DNA of 64,000 nt from an uncultured Candidatus Saccharibacteria bacterium (GTDB lineage Bacteria > Patescibacteriota > UBA1384 > CAILIB01 > JAUSJZ01). The DNA lies in NCBI GenBank assembly GCA_964421635.1, contig CAYQWZ010000004.1, positions 15,652 to 79,651 of the forward strand, given 5' to 3'. Made by a program: the position numbers and the translations under genes. This document shows positions 47,310 to 57,516 of the stretch, one piece after another. The number at the start of each line of letters is the position of its first letter. Position 1 is the first letter of the stretch. The notes under the pieces were generated by a model. The model was not told the origin of the DNA, made no database searches, and saw only the letters and a list, made by a program, of their open reading frames with translations.

Positions 47310-49217
47310 CTAATAGTCGAGTCTCTTCCACGCCGAGCCATCACAGCCGTAGAATTCATTGCTTGAGTCAATTACTATTGCACCTCTGACAGCGCAAGCA
47401 TCTGTGGCTGAAATGTCTGAAACATCTTCAGGAACTTTAGTCGCAGTATCAGCCGTAAAAGCTAAGGCCGCTTTACCATCAATTGGTAAATATAACCCAT
47501 TGTGATCACCCCAACCCCAAGCTGTATTCCAATTGCCAATATCAGCAGTTGTTACTCCAGCAACAGCAGAACCTAAGAATATTGGATCATCTTCTGAAGT
47601 TAAATACGTCTGTAAATCACTAACCTGACTCTCCGTTATTGAAATACCTGTACTTTTATTCCAACCGCTAAATATTGGATCAATTTCAGTGAATCCCGAG
47701 AAATACTTATTGGTTGCACCTTCACTAAGATTGTCTGTGTTTAAACCGGACAGATCAGTTAAATACGTCTGTAAATCACTAACCTGACTCTCCGTTATTG
47801 AAATACCTGTACTTTTATTCCAACCGCTAAATATTGGATCTGATTCACTCTGCAAGGCGGTGGCAATTAAGCCGTGATTATAAGTTGATTCATGAGCACC
47901 AACTAAACCTGAAGCTGTCCCCACTAAATCATACAACCCCGCGTGATCACCCCAACCCCAAGCTGTATTCCAATTGCCAATATCAGCAGTTGTTACTCCA
48001 GCAACAGCAGAACCTAAGAATATTGGATCTGATTCACTCTGTAAGGCAGTAGCAATTAAACTATGATCGTAAGTTGCCTCGTGTGTAATCATCAAACCAG
48101 AAGCCGTCCCTGCTACCTCAAAATACAACGAATCATGTCCATCTAATAAATCCGAATCGGTTGCTTTACCGTTAAAACTATTGGCCGTAATAATATTAAC
48201 TCCGGTAATATCGTTGCCGCCCAAATCGATATTCCCTGTCATCGTACCACCTGCTAAAGCCAACTTACTATCTAAAGCCGCTTGCAATCCGGCTGTTTTA
48301 GCAATTGTCAAATCACCATCTGCAATGTTTAATTTACTGTAAACAATACCGGCAGCTGCATTGATATCACCATTCAGAATGCTACCATCTGCTATCTTCC
48401 CCGAAGTAACGGCATCTGGGGAAATAGTTATAACTCCTGTGGTCGCAATAGTAGTATCACCACTCATAGGTACATAAGTTGGCACACCAGAACCGTTGGC
48501 CACAATAATATAACCAGAGGTGGTGGAAGCTAGCTTTGATAAACCGATCCCTGCCAAACTACTAATATCTTCGTTTACTATGCTACCGTTAACAACTTTG
48601 ATTGAATTAACTGAATCATCAGCTAACTTAGCTGTTGTTACCGCTCCGTCAGCTAATTTAGCGGTAGTTATACTCCCATCGGTAATTGAGTCACCGACAA
48701 CACTTCCACTCGGTAGTTCGACAACACCGTTGACTTGTAACCCACCGTGAAATAAAGCGTCTGATTGAATCTCAACTTTTTTCTTACTATTTAGCTTGAC
48801 TGTATCGTTAGAAAAGATTACCAAATCACCATTATCATAAATAGTACTGCCATTATCTTGATCGCCTTGGGTTAACTGTAATTGTCCCTTGACTCGCAAA
48901 TCATTCTTAACATTTACCCGACTGCTCGCGTTTAGAAACAGGTAATTATCAGTAGCCAATGTCAAATCACCATTGTCTTCAATTTTGGAGCCACCTTGGC
49001 CAAAGTCAAGACTATTACCACTAAGATTGACCCTCCCAAAAATGTTAGTTTGTCCAAATAACGTACTGCCATTATTAACCAAAATACCGCTATTAAAAGC
49101 GGTTGGTGGTGCAACATTTCTTCTTATAATTGCTGCTTTTGTTTGTCCGCTACCAATCAGCAACATGATCAACGCTCCTGATATGATCCCTAAATATTTA
49201 CAAAATTCTTTTTTCAT
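47310..49217 (-). CDS. Secreted repetitive fibre/adhesin-like protein
   Basis: Signal peptide, (A/S)VTTAKLADG repeats, LAGGTMTG, DLLDG, and WNTAWGWGDH / DPIF modules resembling phage tail-fibre repeats. Confidence 0.75.
   Translation of the reverse strand: MKKEFCKYLGIISGALIMLLIGSGQTKAAIIRRNVAPPTAFNSGILVNNGSTLFGQTNIFGRVNLSGNSLDFGQGGSKIEDNGDLTLATDNYLFLNASSRVNVKNDLRVKGQLQLTQGDQDNGSTIYDNGDLVIFSNDTVKLNSKKKVEIQSDALFHGGLQVNGVVELPSGSVVGDSITDGSITTAKLADGAVTTAKLADDSVNSIKVVNGSIVNEDISSLAGIGLSKLASTTSGYIIVANGSGVPTYVPMSGDTTIATTGVITISPDAVTSGKIADGSILNGDINAAAGIVYSKLNIADGDLTIAKTAGLQAALDSKLALAGGTMTGNIDLGGNDITGVNIITANSFNGKATDSDLLDGHDSLYFEVAGTASGLMITHEATYDHSLIATALQSESDPIFLGSAVAGVTTADIGNWNTAWGWGDHAGLYDLVGTASGLVGAHESTYNHGLIATALQSESDPIFSGWNKSTGISITESQVSDLQTYLTDLSGLNTDNLSEGATNKYFSGFTEIDPIFSGWNKSTGISITESQVSDLQTYLTSEDDPIFLGSAVAGVTTADIGNWNTAWGWGDHNGLYLPIDGKAALAFTADTATKVPEDVSDISATDACAVRGAIVIDSSNEFYGCDGSAWKRLDY
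47502..48029. repeat. Exact intragenic duplications
   Basis: 87 bp 47502-47588 = 47943-48029; 84 bp 47598-47681 = 47757-47840. Confidence 0.9.
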
Positions 49218-49432
49218 AAGATCTTTTTCATAACTTTAGTATGAATGTCATACAATTTATGATTTTATTACTTAATAGATATATATATACTACCATACTG
49301 ACTATTGGTACTGTGGATAACTAGAGTCCATTCTCATTATGCTAAAATACAAGCGTTTTGACTTTTCGTAGTACAACTTTCTTTCCAAACAACAGTAATT
49401 ATGCTATAGTTTTTTTTGCATTGTTATATTTA

Positions 49433-49509
49433 GCGCCCGTAGCTCAGTTGGATAGAGCGTCTGGCTTCGGACCAGAAGGTCGGGAGTTCAAATCTCTCCG
49501 GGCGTACCA
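49433..49509 (+). tRNA. tRNA-Arg(TCG)
   Basis: Cloverleaf; anticodon loop CT TCG GA; CCA end. Confidence 0.93.
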
Positions 49510-49527
49510 AAGATACCGCCATTAGCA

Positions 49528-50031
49528 TTAAGAGATAGCAGTCGGCGGTTTTTTGTTATTCGCTTTAAATGTTTTATTTACAGCAATCGTTAAACCAATT
49601 AAACGACCAACTGCTACTCCAATAAGTAGAGAGAAAGAGAAAGCTAAAACATGAGCAACATTATGATGATATATTTCTTCTGCATAAAAGTATAAAGCTC
49701 GTCTTAATAAGATATATAAAATAAGGATTATGATTCCATTTCTATCATATCTTTTTGCCATCATGAATTCTTTTTCCGGATCCCAATCTAATTTATATAT
49801 TTTAGATAATCCTATACCAATAAAAAGTCCAATGACTATTAGGGTAAAAACCAAACCCAGAGAGGTAGTGCCCATGAATACATCCCAGACGACCACGACC
49901 GTAGCAATTCCTAAAATAATCATTGTGAACCACAGCCTGATTACAATACGACGGTGTAATTTATCTTGAGTATGCAGCTCGTGCGTTTTTTTAATGCTAT
50001 CTGTGATATTTTGAATGCTTCGTTTTAACAT
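49528..50031 (-). CDS. Hypothetical 4-TM membrane protein
   Basis: Four hydrophobic helices; TATTAT 7 nt before ATG. Confidence 0.65.
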   Translation of the reverse strand: MLKRSIQNITDSIKKTHELHTQDKLHRRIVIRLWFTMIILGIATVVVVWDVFMGTTSLGLVFTLIVIGLFIGIGLSKIYKLDWDPEKEFMMAKRYDRNGIIILILYILLRRALYFYAEEIYHHNVAHVLAFSFSLLIGVAVGRLIGLTIAVNKTFKANNKKPPTAIS

Positions 50032-50153
50032 ACTTTTTATAATACATCCATTCTGTACAATCAGATATACTTAATTTGTGAAACTGCATAAGTTTTTGTA
50101 GCCTTTACCCTTGAAAAACAGGTATATTAGTGATAGGTTTGTTAAGTGTAAAT

Positions 50154-50228
50154 GCGGGTGTAGCACAATGGCTAGTGCACGAGCCTTCCAAGCTTGTGAT
50201 GGCGGTTCGATTCCGCTCACCCGCTCCA
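50154..50228 (+). tRNA. tRNA-Gly(TCC)
   Basis: GCGGGTG/CACCCGC acceptor; anticodon loop CT TCC AA. Confidence 0.95.
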
Positions 50229-50231
50229 TGT

Positions 50232-50309
50232 GGTGGTTGTAGCTCAACTGGTTAGAGCGCCGGGTTGTGGTCCCGGAGGTTGTGGGTTCAAGTCCCATCA
50301 TCCACCCCA
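50232..50309 (+). tRNA. tRNA-His(GTG)
   Basis: G-1 present; anticodon loop TT GTG GT; C73 then CCA. Confidence 0.93.
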
Positions 50310-50317
50310 GAAAATTT

Positions 50318-50394
50318 GCTCTCGTAGCTCAACAGGATAGAGCAACTCCCTTCTAAGGAGTAGGTTGCAAGTTCGAGTCTTGCCGAGAGTACCA
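50318..50394 (+). tRNA. tRNA-Arg(TCT)
   Basis: Anticodon loop CT TCT AA; CCA end. Confidence 0.93.
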
Positions 50395-50406
50395 ATTAAT
50401 AGTTTA

Positions 50407-50482
50407 GGATCGCTAGCTCAATTGGTAGAGCAGAGGCCTCTTAAGCCTAAGGTTCCGGGTTCAAGTCCCGGGCGGTCCACCA
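50407..50482 (+). tRNA. tRNA-Lys(CTT)
   Basis: Anticodon loop CT CTT AA; CCA end. Confidence 0.93.
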
Positions 50483-50493
50483 AAAGCCACCGT

Positions 50494-50568
50494 GGCCCTA
50501 TCGTCTAATGGTTAGGACGCCAGATTTTCAATCTGGTAATCGGGGTTCAATTCCCCGTAGGGCTACCA
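50494..50568 (+). tRNA. tRNA-Glu(TTC)
   Basis: Anticodon loop TT TTC AA; CCA end. Confidence 0.93.
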
Positions 50569-50577
50569 AAAGAATAA

Positions 50578-51333
50578 TTAGTTTGATCGGGCAATGTTTT
50601 GTTGAGTAAGAAAGGCTTCAAAATCATCAATCTGACTATTCATATCATCTAAAACTTGATTTGCTCGCTGGATGCTTGCTTCACTTCCATAACGAATATA
50701 GCTGAGAATATTTTCAAAATCACTATTAGTCCGACTATCTTCTGTTTCGCCGACCGCTTGTTCTAGCTGTGTGAATTGATCCTTCATACTTGAAAATTGT
50801 TCCCGAAATACTCCCGTTCTCTTTTCAACTGATTCCAACAATCTCTCAAATTGTTGTAGAAGTTTAGGGCTACTAATTATTAATAAGGATTTTCTGATTC
50901 CTTTTAATCTTTCAGATAGTGCTTCTGCTCTCTCTTGAATTGCTTCCCATTTATCTAATATTTTTCTAAATTCAACTTCAAAAACATGCCTTATTTTTTC
51001 TGGAGTTACATCTTCTTCTCCTAAATCTTCTTCCAATACAGCATTGACCTTTCCTATAACTAAAGGAGCAATTGTAGCTTGTGATCTATCTGGCTCTTGA
51101 TCGATAAAATATTGGTAATACTTCAGCTCTTGGTTTAACCAAATTCGTAGATCATTATTAAGCACATTCTCTGAAGATGAATAAACTGTTTTTCCCTCTA
51201 ATATATTAATCAAAGCTACAGCATCGGATCGCCAATCTCCGGTAACTTCAAACATCTCGAGTTGTTCTTTTATGTTTTCATATGAATCTTCCAGCGAGGA
51301 CTCTTGCTCATTGAGTTTTTCTTGATCGGTCAT
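50578..51333 (-). CDS. Hypothetical acidic helical/coiled-coil protein
   Basis: 251-aa ORF, E/Q/L-rich heptads. Confidence 0.65.
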   Translation of the reverse strand: MTDQEKLNEQESSLEDSYENIKEQLEMFEVTGDWRSDAVALINILEGKTVYSSSENVLNNDLRIWLNQELKYYQYFIDQEPDRSQATIAPLVIGKVNAVLEEDLGEEDVTPEKIRHVFEVEFRKILDKWEAIQERAEALSERLKGIRKSLLIISSPKLLQQFERLLESVEKRTGVFREQFSSMKDQFTQLEQAVGETEDSRTNSDFENILSYIRYGSEASIQRANQVLDDMNSQIDDFEAFLTQQNIARSN

Positions 51334-51412
51334 AATAAAAATTATTTATCTAAAAACAGTATATCACCTGCAACAGTAGTTAATTGCTCACTTTTGGTTT
51401 AATATTAATTTA

Positions 51413-53635
51413 GTGGGGCGAAAAATTCACAAGATGATTAGAAAGAGTATCTACCAACTGTTTAGCGGCAGTCTGGCATTAATACTCTTTTTTTCTTTAT
51501 CCTTCTTAATATTATGGATTGATGCCAGCTCTTCCGAATCTTTAATTGATACTTTTAGAAATAGACACATACCCCAAACAACTTTATACACAGACTCGCA
51601 AGGTAATATTTTATATGAAAGTTATTTAGAAGAACGGCGCACCATTGTGCCACTAACAAAAATTGACACAGATTTACAGCAAGCCATTATTGCCGCCGAA
51701 GATAAAAACTTTTATAAACATGTCGGGGTTGATCCTTCGGCAATTTTACGAGCAGCGCTTAGCAACACGCGCAATTGGCTAGACATAGATAGTAAGGATT
51801 CAATTCAAGGCGGCTCAACTATCACTCAACAATTAGTCAAAAACACTTTACTTGATTCACAAAAAACTATTCAGCGAAAAATTAAAGAAGCAATTTTGGC
51901 TTTTCAGCTAGAGCTGAACTACTCTAAAAAAATGATTTTAGAAAGTTACCTAAACCAAGTAGGATTCGGAAATCAAGCCTTCGGCGCTCAAGAAGCGGCT
52001 AAAACATATTTTAACAAAGATGCTAGCAATTTAACCCTCTCTGAAAGTGCTCTGTTAGCAGCCCTGCCTCAATTGCCTAGTTATTATTCTCCCTTCGGTA
52101 ATCACCAAGAAAAGCTCTTCGCTCGCAAAGATTACATTTTAGATCAAATGGTAGAGCTGAAATATATTAGTGCCAAAGAAGCACAAATAGCAAAAGCCGA
52201 AGCGCCTACACATGAAAATCCTTCTTTTTATAACAGAAGCATAGATATTCGAGCACCGCATGTAGTGTGGTCAGCTAAAGACGAACTACTAAAAAGACTG
52301 GGCGGAGACATAGAAGCAGAAGAGAGTTTAGCGCAAAGTGGCTATGTTGTTAAAACCACCATAGATGCGGAAGCTCAGAAACTAGCCGAAACGATTTTGA
52401 AAGATCATCAGCGACGACTAGCTAGCTATGGCGCTACAAACGCTTCGCTCATTGCTATTGATGTAGCTACGGGAAATGTAATAGCACTGGTCGGTAGCAT
52501 TGATTATTTTAATACTGCTTGGGGAAATGTAAATGTTGCAGCTAGACCCAGACAGCCGGGCTCCGCTTTTAAACCAATTATTTATACCACCGCTTTTATG
52601 AACGGATATAATCCTAACTCAATAATTTCTGACTCCCCCGTTCGCTACATCTTGTCTAAAAAAGATGTTTATGAACCTAAGAACTACGATGGCACTTTTC
52701 GCGGCAATGTCACTATTGCTCAAGCCCTTAATCAATCACTTAATATTCCGGCGGTGAAAATTTTAGCTGATATTGGCACAGACAGCGTAGCTGAAACTGC
52801 TAATTATTTAGGAATAACTTTGCCAGAAAATGATGAGTACGGATTAAGCATGGCTCTGGGCGCCTATGAAGTAAGACTCGACGAGCTGACCAATGCTTTC
52901 GCAATTTTAGGCAATGGTGGGTTATGGCACGAAATAAATTATGTTCAAGAAGTGATTAGTAAAGATAACCATGAAATTACTGACCTCATACAAAAAGATT
53001 TACCTGATGTTTTTTCGGTTGATCCGGAGATTGCATTTACCCTGTCGAAAACCTTGGCTAATACAAAACTTGAAACTGCTGTTTTTGGCACCAGCCTAAT
53101 GGTCTCTAATCGCGAGGTAGCAGTAAAAACAGGAACATCGCAAGATTTTAAAGACGCTTGGACGGTCGGCTACTCCCCGCAAATTGCAGTCGGAGTTTGG
53201 GTCGGCAATAACAGCGGTCGACCAATGAGATACGGTTCTCCAGGTGCAACAGTGGCTGCTCCAATTTGGCGAGAGTTTATGCAAAAATATTTAGTCGATA
53301 AGCCTGTTTTAACCTTTCTACCACCAACTGCTGAAACTAAATTCTTAGCTCATAACTCAACCACCAAACAAAAGATTGAAGAAGAGAAATGTCAATACTC
53401 TATTAAAAATATTATTAACACTCTTTTAGATAATTCCGAAGAGTGTGAGAGTAAAACAAATGCTAACAAAGTAATTGCCGGAAACATTGAAGATAATGAA
53501 TTAAATCAAACAGATGTTCCAGCAGAGCCAATCGACAATCAACAAGCGGTTATTAAACCATTTTTAATACAAGAGTTTGAACCTTTTTGGCAACCACCAA
53601 ATAAAACCAATGAGACTGGTTTTCATCTGTTATAA
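51413..53635 (+). CDS. Class A penicillin-binding protein (PBP1A family)
   Basis: EDKNFYKHVGVD, GGSTITQQLVKN, RKIKE, GSAFK, SLN, KTGT. Confidence 0.95.
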   Translation: MGRKIHKMIRKSIYQLFSGSLALILFFSLSFLILWIDASSSESLIDTFRNRHIPQTTLYTDSQGNILYESYLEERRTIVPLTKIDTDLQQAIIAAEDKNFYKHVGVDPSAILRAALSNTRNWLDIDSKDSIQGGSTITQQLVKNTLLDSQKTIQRKIKEAILAFQLELNYSKKMILESYLNQVGFGNQAFGAQEAAKTYFNKDASNLTLSESALLAALPQLPSYYSPFGNHQEKLFARKDYILDQMVELKYISAKEAQIAKAEAPTHENPSFYNRSIDIRAPHVVWSAKDELLKRLGGDIEAEESLAQSGYVVKTTIDAEAQKLAETILKDHQRRLASYGATNASLIAIDVATGNVIALVGSIDYFNTAWGNVNVAARPRQPGSAFKPIIYTTAFMNGYNPNSIISDSPVRYILSKKDVYEPKNYDGTFRGNVTIAQALNQSLNIPAVKILADIGTDSVAETANYLGITLPENDEYGLSMALGAYEVRLDELTNAFAILGNGGLWHEINYVQEVISKDNHEITDLIQKDLPDVFSVDPEIAFTLSKTLANTKLETAVFGTSLMVSNREVAVKTGTSQDFKDAWTVGYSPQIAVGVWVGNNSGRPMRYGSPGATVAAPIWREFMQKYLVDKPVLTFLPPTAETKFLAHNSTTKQKIEEEKCQYSIKNIINTLLDNSEECESKTNANKVIAGNIEDNELNQTDVPAEPIDNQQAVIKPFLIQEFEPFWQPPNKTNETGFHLL

Positions 53636-53643
53636 TAATTGAG

Positions 53644-54375
53644 ATGGATAAAGGAGGAGATCTACCAAATAAGCAGGATTTTAATTTTGCCCACGATACT
53701 AACTGGCGGATTTTTCGTATTATGGCAGAATTCGTTGACGGATTTACTTTTCTTTCTCAATACAAACGCACAGTAACAGTTTTCGGTTCATCTCGCTTTG
53801 ATGAAAATAATAATTACTACCAAAAAGCAACAACTCTATCAAATATGTTAGCCAAAGATGGTTACACTATTGTTACAGGTGGTGGGCCAGGAATTATGGA
53901 AGCAGCCAATAAAGGTGCCAAGGAAGGCAAAGGCCAGTCAGTAGGATTGAACATTCAATTACCTAATGAGCAAAGGACTAATGCCTATGTTACAAATTCA
54001 GAAGCTTTTAATTATTTTTACACCAGAAAGGTAATGCTCTCTTTTGCTGCCGAAGCTTATATATATTTTCCAGGAGGCTTCGGCACCTTAGACGAACTTT
54101 TTGAAATCCTTAATTTAGAGGCAACTGGAAAAATTGAGCAGCATATTCCTATTATTTTATTTGGCAAAGATTTTTGGCATCCATTAGTAGAATGGATAAA
54201 AAGATCTTTAGTTGAGCAACACGAAACAGTCAGTCAGAAAGATTTCGAAGCCATGCAAATTGTTGACACAATTGAAGACGCTTACCATATTATTAAAACC
54301 TGCAAACCTCGCAACATTCATCCGGCTGAGAGTGAATATAAATCATTAGACGAAAAAACTGGCGGAGAACAGTAA
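53644..54375 (+). CDS. LOG family (TIGR00730-type) nucleotide-binding protein
   Basis: TGGGPGIMEAAN, PGGFGTLDELFE. Confidence 0.93.
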   Translation: MDKGGDLPNKQDFNFAHDTNWRIFRIMAEFVDGFTFLSQYKRTVTVFGSSRFDENNNYYQKATTLSNMLAKDGYTIVTGGGPGIMEAANKGAKEGKGQSVGLNIQLPNEQRTNAYVTNSEAFNYFYTRKVMLSFAAEAYIYFPGGFGTLDELFEILNLEATGKIEQHIPIILFGKDFWHPLVEWIKRSLVEQHETVSQKDFEAMQIVDTIEDAYHIIKTCKPRNIHPAESEYKSLDEKTGGEQ

Positions 54376-54376
54376 T

Positions 54377-55504
54377 ATGCAATCCTTCTGGCCTTCACGA
54401 GAAGAGTTCTTAAGCCGACCAAAAAGGGTCTCTCGTTTTTTTGTAATCCTTTTTATTTTTTCAGCCACGCTCAATGCGCTACTAGGATTCACTTATTTAT
54501 ATCGGGAGACAGCTTGGCAAACGCAAAAATCGAAGTATGAACAATTAGTACAGTCAAACTTAGATTTAGCTAATGAATACAAGGCCGAGAGAGATGATTT
54601 ACAGGTTTCGGTAGCTGAAAAGAATGTTCAGTTAACAAAGCTTAACCAAGAGTTGAAAACAGCACGGAATGAATTGGCCAAAGCTGAACAGAGTCTAGCA
54701 ACCCTGAACGATCGGATTAAGCTGCAAGAAGCTCAGCTAGCTTCAAACAGTGATGAGCTAGAATCTCTTCGCGGTCGCCCACCTTTATTTAAAGTTGAAT
54801 CGCTAACCTCGCGTGATGTTACTGCCGATAAAGCTGAGGTTCGGTCAATAGTTGAAAGCGCCTACGATGTGATTGATTCTGTTTATGGAAATCCTTATTT
54901 ACTAAACCAAATTACTATTAACTTCGTTGATAGTTTTAATATTGCTGGCGCAGTCGGTGAAATTAGTATCGCTAACTCCGAAGCTGGCATAGAAATTACT
55001 ATCAAGCTTCGAAATTTTGATAAAGATTCTAGTAATGATGTGAACACAATTGTGCACGAGATAATTCACGGATTTCACGGTATCGCCGCTTTGAACGCGC
55101 CCGTACTTGAAGAAGGCATCACGGTTGCAGCCACCGATGTGGTCATGCGCAAGATGTATGAACAGGGAATAATAAACTTTAATGACCCCTATATTACCAT
55201 TAGCGATGAAATAGCTAGTCAAATTAATTCGTCATATAGCACGCCTAGTGGCAACAGCAGTTTTTATTCTAGTTCCAATGTCGGTGTTTATTATCAATTA
55301 GCCGGATGGTCTTGGTATCAACTCTACGAAGAAGACGCTAACTTCTTTAAGAATTTCAACAACTCACTTTATAATCTTGTGCAAAATGGTACTAGAGTTT
55401 CTGCTAGCGGTGTACGCAACTTAATAAAAAACACTGTTAATTCAGCCAACTCTCAAAGCATCTCTGATTTCGTTAGCTCGCAAATTTCTTTTAATCCTTC
55501 TTAA
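54377..55504 (+). CDS. Membrane-anchored coiled-coil protein with HEXXH metallopeptidase-like domain
   Basis: TM, heptad stalk, VHEIIHGFH...LEEG. Confidence 0.7.
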   Translation: MQSFWPSREEFLSRPKRVSRFFVILFIFSATLNALLGFTYLYRETAWQTQKSKYEQLVQSNLDLANEYKAERDDLQVSVAEKNVQLTKLNQELKTARNELAKAEQSLATLNDRIKLQEAQLASNSDELESLRGRPPLFKVESLTSRDVTADKAEVRSIVESAYDVIDSVYGNPYLLNQITINFVDSFNIAGAVGEISIANSEAGIEITIKLRNFDKDSSNDVNTIVHEIIHGFHGIAALNAPVLEEGITVAATDVVMRKMYEQGIINFNDPYITISDEIASQINSSYSTPSGNSSFYSSSNVGVYYQLAGWSWYQLYEEDANFFKNFNNSLYNLVQNGTRVSASGVRNLIKNTVNSANSQSISDFVSSQISFNPS

Positions 55505-55518
55505 GATCTTTTTTTAGT

Positions 55519-57099
55519 CTAGCTGTCCAAAAGCTCAGTCTTGGTACTGACTGCTTTTTTGGTTACTCTAAAGCCCATCTCTTTGCCTAGCATTAATCTG
55601 GTGTGTGCATCTAGCGACGGCACCGAAGCGGCCAAGATAACAGACAGTGGAATTTGAATTGGCACCAAAATATAATCCCAAAGCACATAGAGCTTTGACC
55701 ATTTCTTATTCTCTTTCTTTGGTGGAATTATTATAATTGATAAAACTGCACTTAAAAATAATCCTATTAAGGCAAAACGCAACGCATAGCTATAATAGAG
55801 CTGAAAGTTTAGGCCAACCACAGTTTGTGTAACATTGGTCATTAAAATTGGTACCCAGCCAATAATACCAAGCAATATTGAGCTCGTTGCCAAAGAGAAA
55901 TGGCCGTCAAGATGGCGTAAAATATCTACCAGTACTCGGAAATTTCTATTCTTTTTTTCGGTTAAGAAATGGGTCATAGCATAAGGAAAGTCGGAAACAC
56001 CGTAGTGCCAGCGGCGGCGTTGCAGATACTGCTCTTTTAGCGTATCCCAGAAGCTATCAGTCAGCACTGCGTCTGAATAAACAGGCATTAAAACCATTTT
56101 TACTGTGTAGTCGGGCCCAAATTCGAATAAACTCCGCCAGTACTGCTGCCCATCTTCTACAATGCTGCTAGGAGAATAAAAGTCTGTTTTTACTAAAGCG
56201 CTTAAGGTTTGAGTTTGGGTCATCACATTATGCAGCCTTGATGTCCATACAGATGTGGTCATCATCCAAAATGAACTTGAAAAGTGAATGAACCTAACCG
56301 GTGAGGGAACATCCCAAATATTATTGAAGAACAAAGCCACCGAAACATAGCAAGATTTTTCAGCATCAGGGTCTTGCACAAATTTATATGTCAGAGCCGA
56401 TAAGTATTCAGGATGCAGCCTATGGTCAGCATCAATTGATGTAACTAAAGTCTTTTTAAAATCGATCTTGTTTTTCTTTATATAGTCACGCACTATGCGA
56501 CCAGCCCAAGAGATGTTTGTTCCCTTTCCTTTGACCTCCCCTTCTATTCCATCTGGATGTTCCGTAATAATGAAATCCTTAAAATGTGAACCGTATTTTT
56601 TCTTTAACTGATTGGCGATTTGATTGGCATTATCATGATCTCTACCCTCAGTGGCTAAAACAAAAATAATTTGTTCTTTAGGAAATGTGGTCTTCGATAA
56701 CATGTCTAGGGCACGAGCCAGAGTTTCATACTCTTCTTTATAGGTAGCTGCCAAAATAACATGATAAACTTCTTTCGATTTTTCAAAGGCTTGTTTGTCC
56801 GCCTGTAATACTGCTTGCCATTTAGTGTTCATACTTCTCACGAAAGGAAGGTAAGCGCGCAATAAATAAAATGAGAAACGGATAGCCCTAAGTAGCCAAG
56901 AAGTAACATATATTAACATGAATATGGCTACCCACACTGGTTTTACAAAAGCCAATAAAATTAGACCAAGAATTGAACCCCAAACTAATAACCCTGGAAT
57001 TATTTCAAGCACTCGATACAAAACAAAATACTGACGCTTAAATTGCTCATCGCGTTTAACAGATTGTTGGGCTTCTTTTAAATAAATACTAGACTGCAT
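55519..57099 (-). CDS. GT2 family membrane glycosyltransferase
   Basis: GKG.N, IDAD, VED, QRRRW, flanking TMs. Confidence 0.88.
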   Translation of the reverse strand: MQSSIYLKEAQQSVKRDEQFKRQYFVLYRVLEIIPGLLVWGSILGLILLAFVKPVWVAIFMLIYVTSWLLRAIRFSFYLLRAYLPFVRSMNTKWQAVLQADKQAFEKSKEVYHVILAATYKEEYETLARALDMLSKTTFPKEQIIFVLATEGRDHDNANQIANQLKKKYGSHFKDFIITEHPDGIEGEVKGKGTNISWAGRIVRDYIKKNKIDFKKTLVTSIDADHRLHPEYLSALTYKFVQDPDAEKSCYVSVALFFNNIWDVPSPVRFIHFSSSFWMMTTSVWTSRLHNVMTQTQTLSALVKTDFYSPSSIVEDGQQYWRSLFEFGPDYTVKMVLMPVYSDAVLTDSFWDTLKEQYLQRRRWHYGVSDFPYAMTHFLTEKKNRNFRVLVDILRHLDGHFSLATSSILLGIIGWVPILMTNVTQTVVGLNFQLYYSYALRFALIGLFLSAVLSIIIIPPKKENKKWSKLYVLWDYILVPIQIPLSVILAASVPSLDAHTRLMLGKEMGFRVTKKAVSTKTELLDS

Positions 57100-57403
57100 A
57101 GTTCACTTCCCCTAATCTACTCACAATCAAAGATAATACAAGAGATGAGTAAATTAATGAGAAATAAATAATAATAGATAATCTTGGTGAGGTTCTACCT
57201 ACAGTATAAGCGATAATATGACCAAAAATTACTAAAACTAAGTATAGGTTAGAAGGATTAAAGCTTCGAGCAGTAATTGCTAAAATTTCAGCCGAAAGGT
57301 TTGATTCAAGGCTTTTTATATAAATATAAATGCCGAAATGTAGCAAGGCGCTAATTGGTAAAATATATAAATTTTTTTCTGTAAGCTTCATCTTGGCCAT
57401 CAT
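57089..57403 (-). CDS. Small membrane protein
   Basis: Three hydrophobic segments overlapping the GT2 start; start (MMAKMK) uncertain. Confidence 0.5.
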   Translation of the reverse strand: MMAKMKLTEKNLYILPISALLHFGIYIYIKSLESNLSAEILAITARSFNPSNLYLVLVIFGHIIAYTVGRTSPRLSIIIYFSLIYSSLVLSLIVSRLGEVNYAV

Positions 57404-57437
57404 AGCAAAAATTTGCCTCTCGAAGAGGAATTTTGTC

Positions 57438-57516
57438 TTGACATAATTGTATTGATCTGCTATTCTTGGCACGCACTTGAACAACCTGCGGCCCAACTAG
57501 GGCAAGGAGAGTCGTC
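57438..57516 (+). promoter_or_regulatory. Promoter, boxA-like motif and SD of the GC-rich gene
   Basis: TTGACA-17-(TGc)TATTCT; gcacgc; gcacttgaacaac; AAGGAG 7 nt before GTG. Confidence 0.7.

Noticed and set aside
47310-49217. Prophage or DGR target
   Set aside because: No other phage genes and no reverse transcriptase; repeats are exact rather than adenine-mutated.
35101-50301. Short ORFs at 35101, 46887, 46958 and 50071
   Set aside because: Translations of tRNA or palindrome sequence (e.g. GLEPTTS, PAYRQAG).
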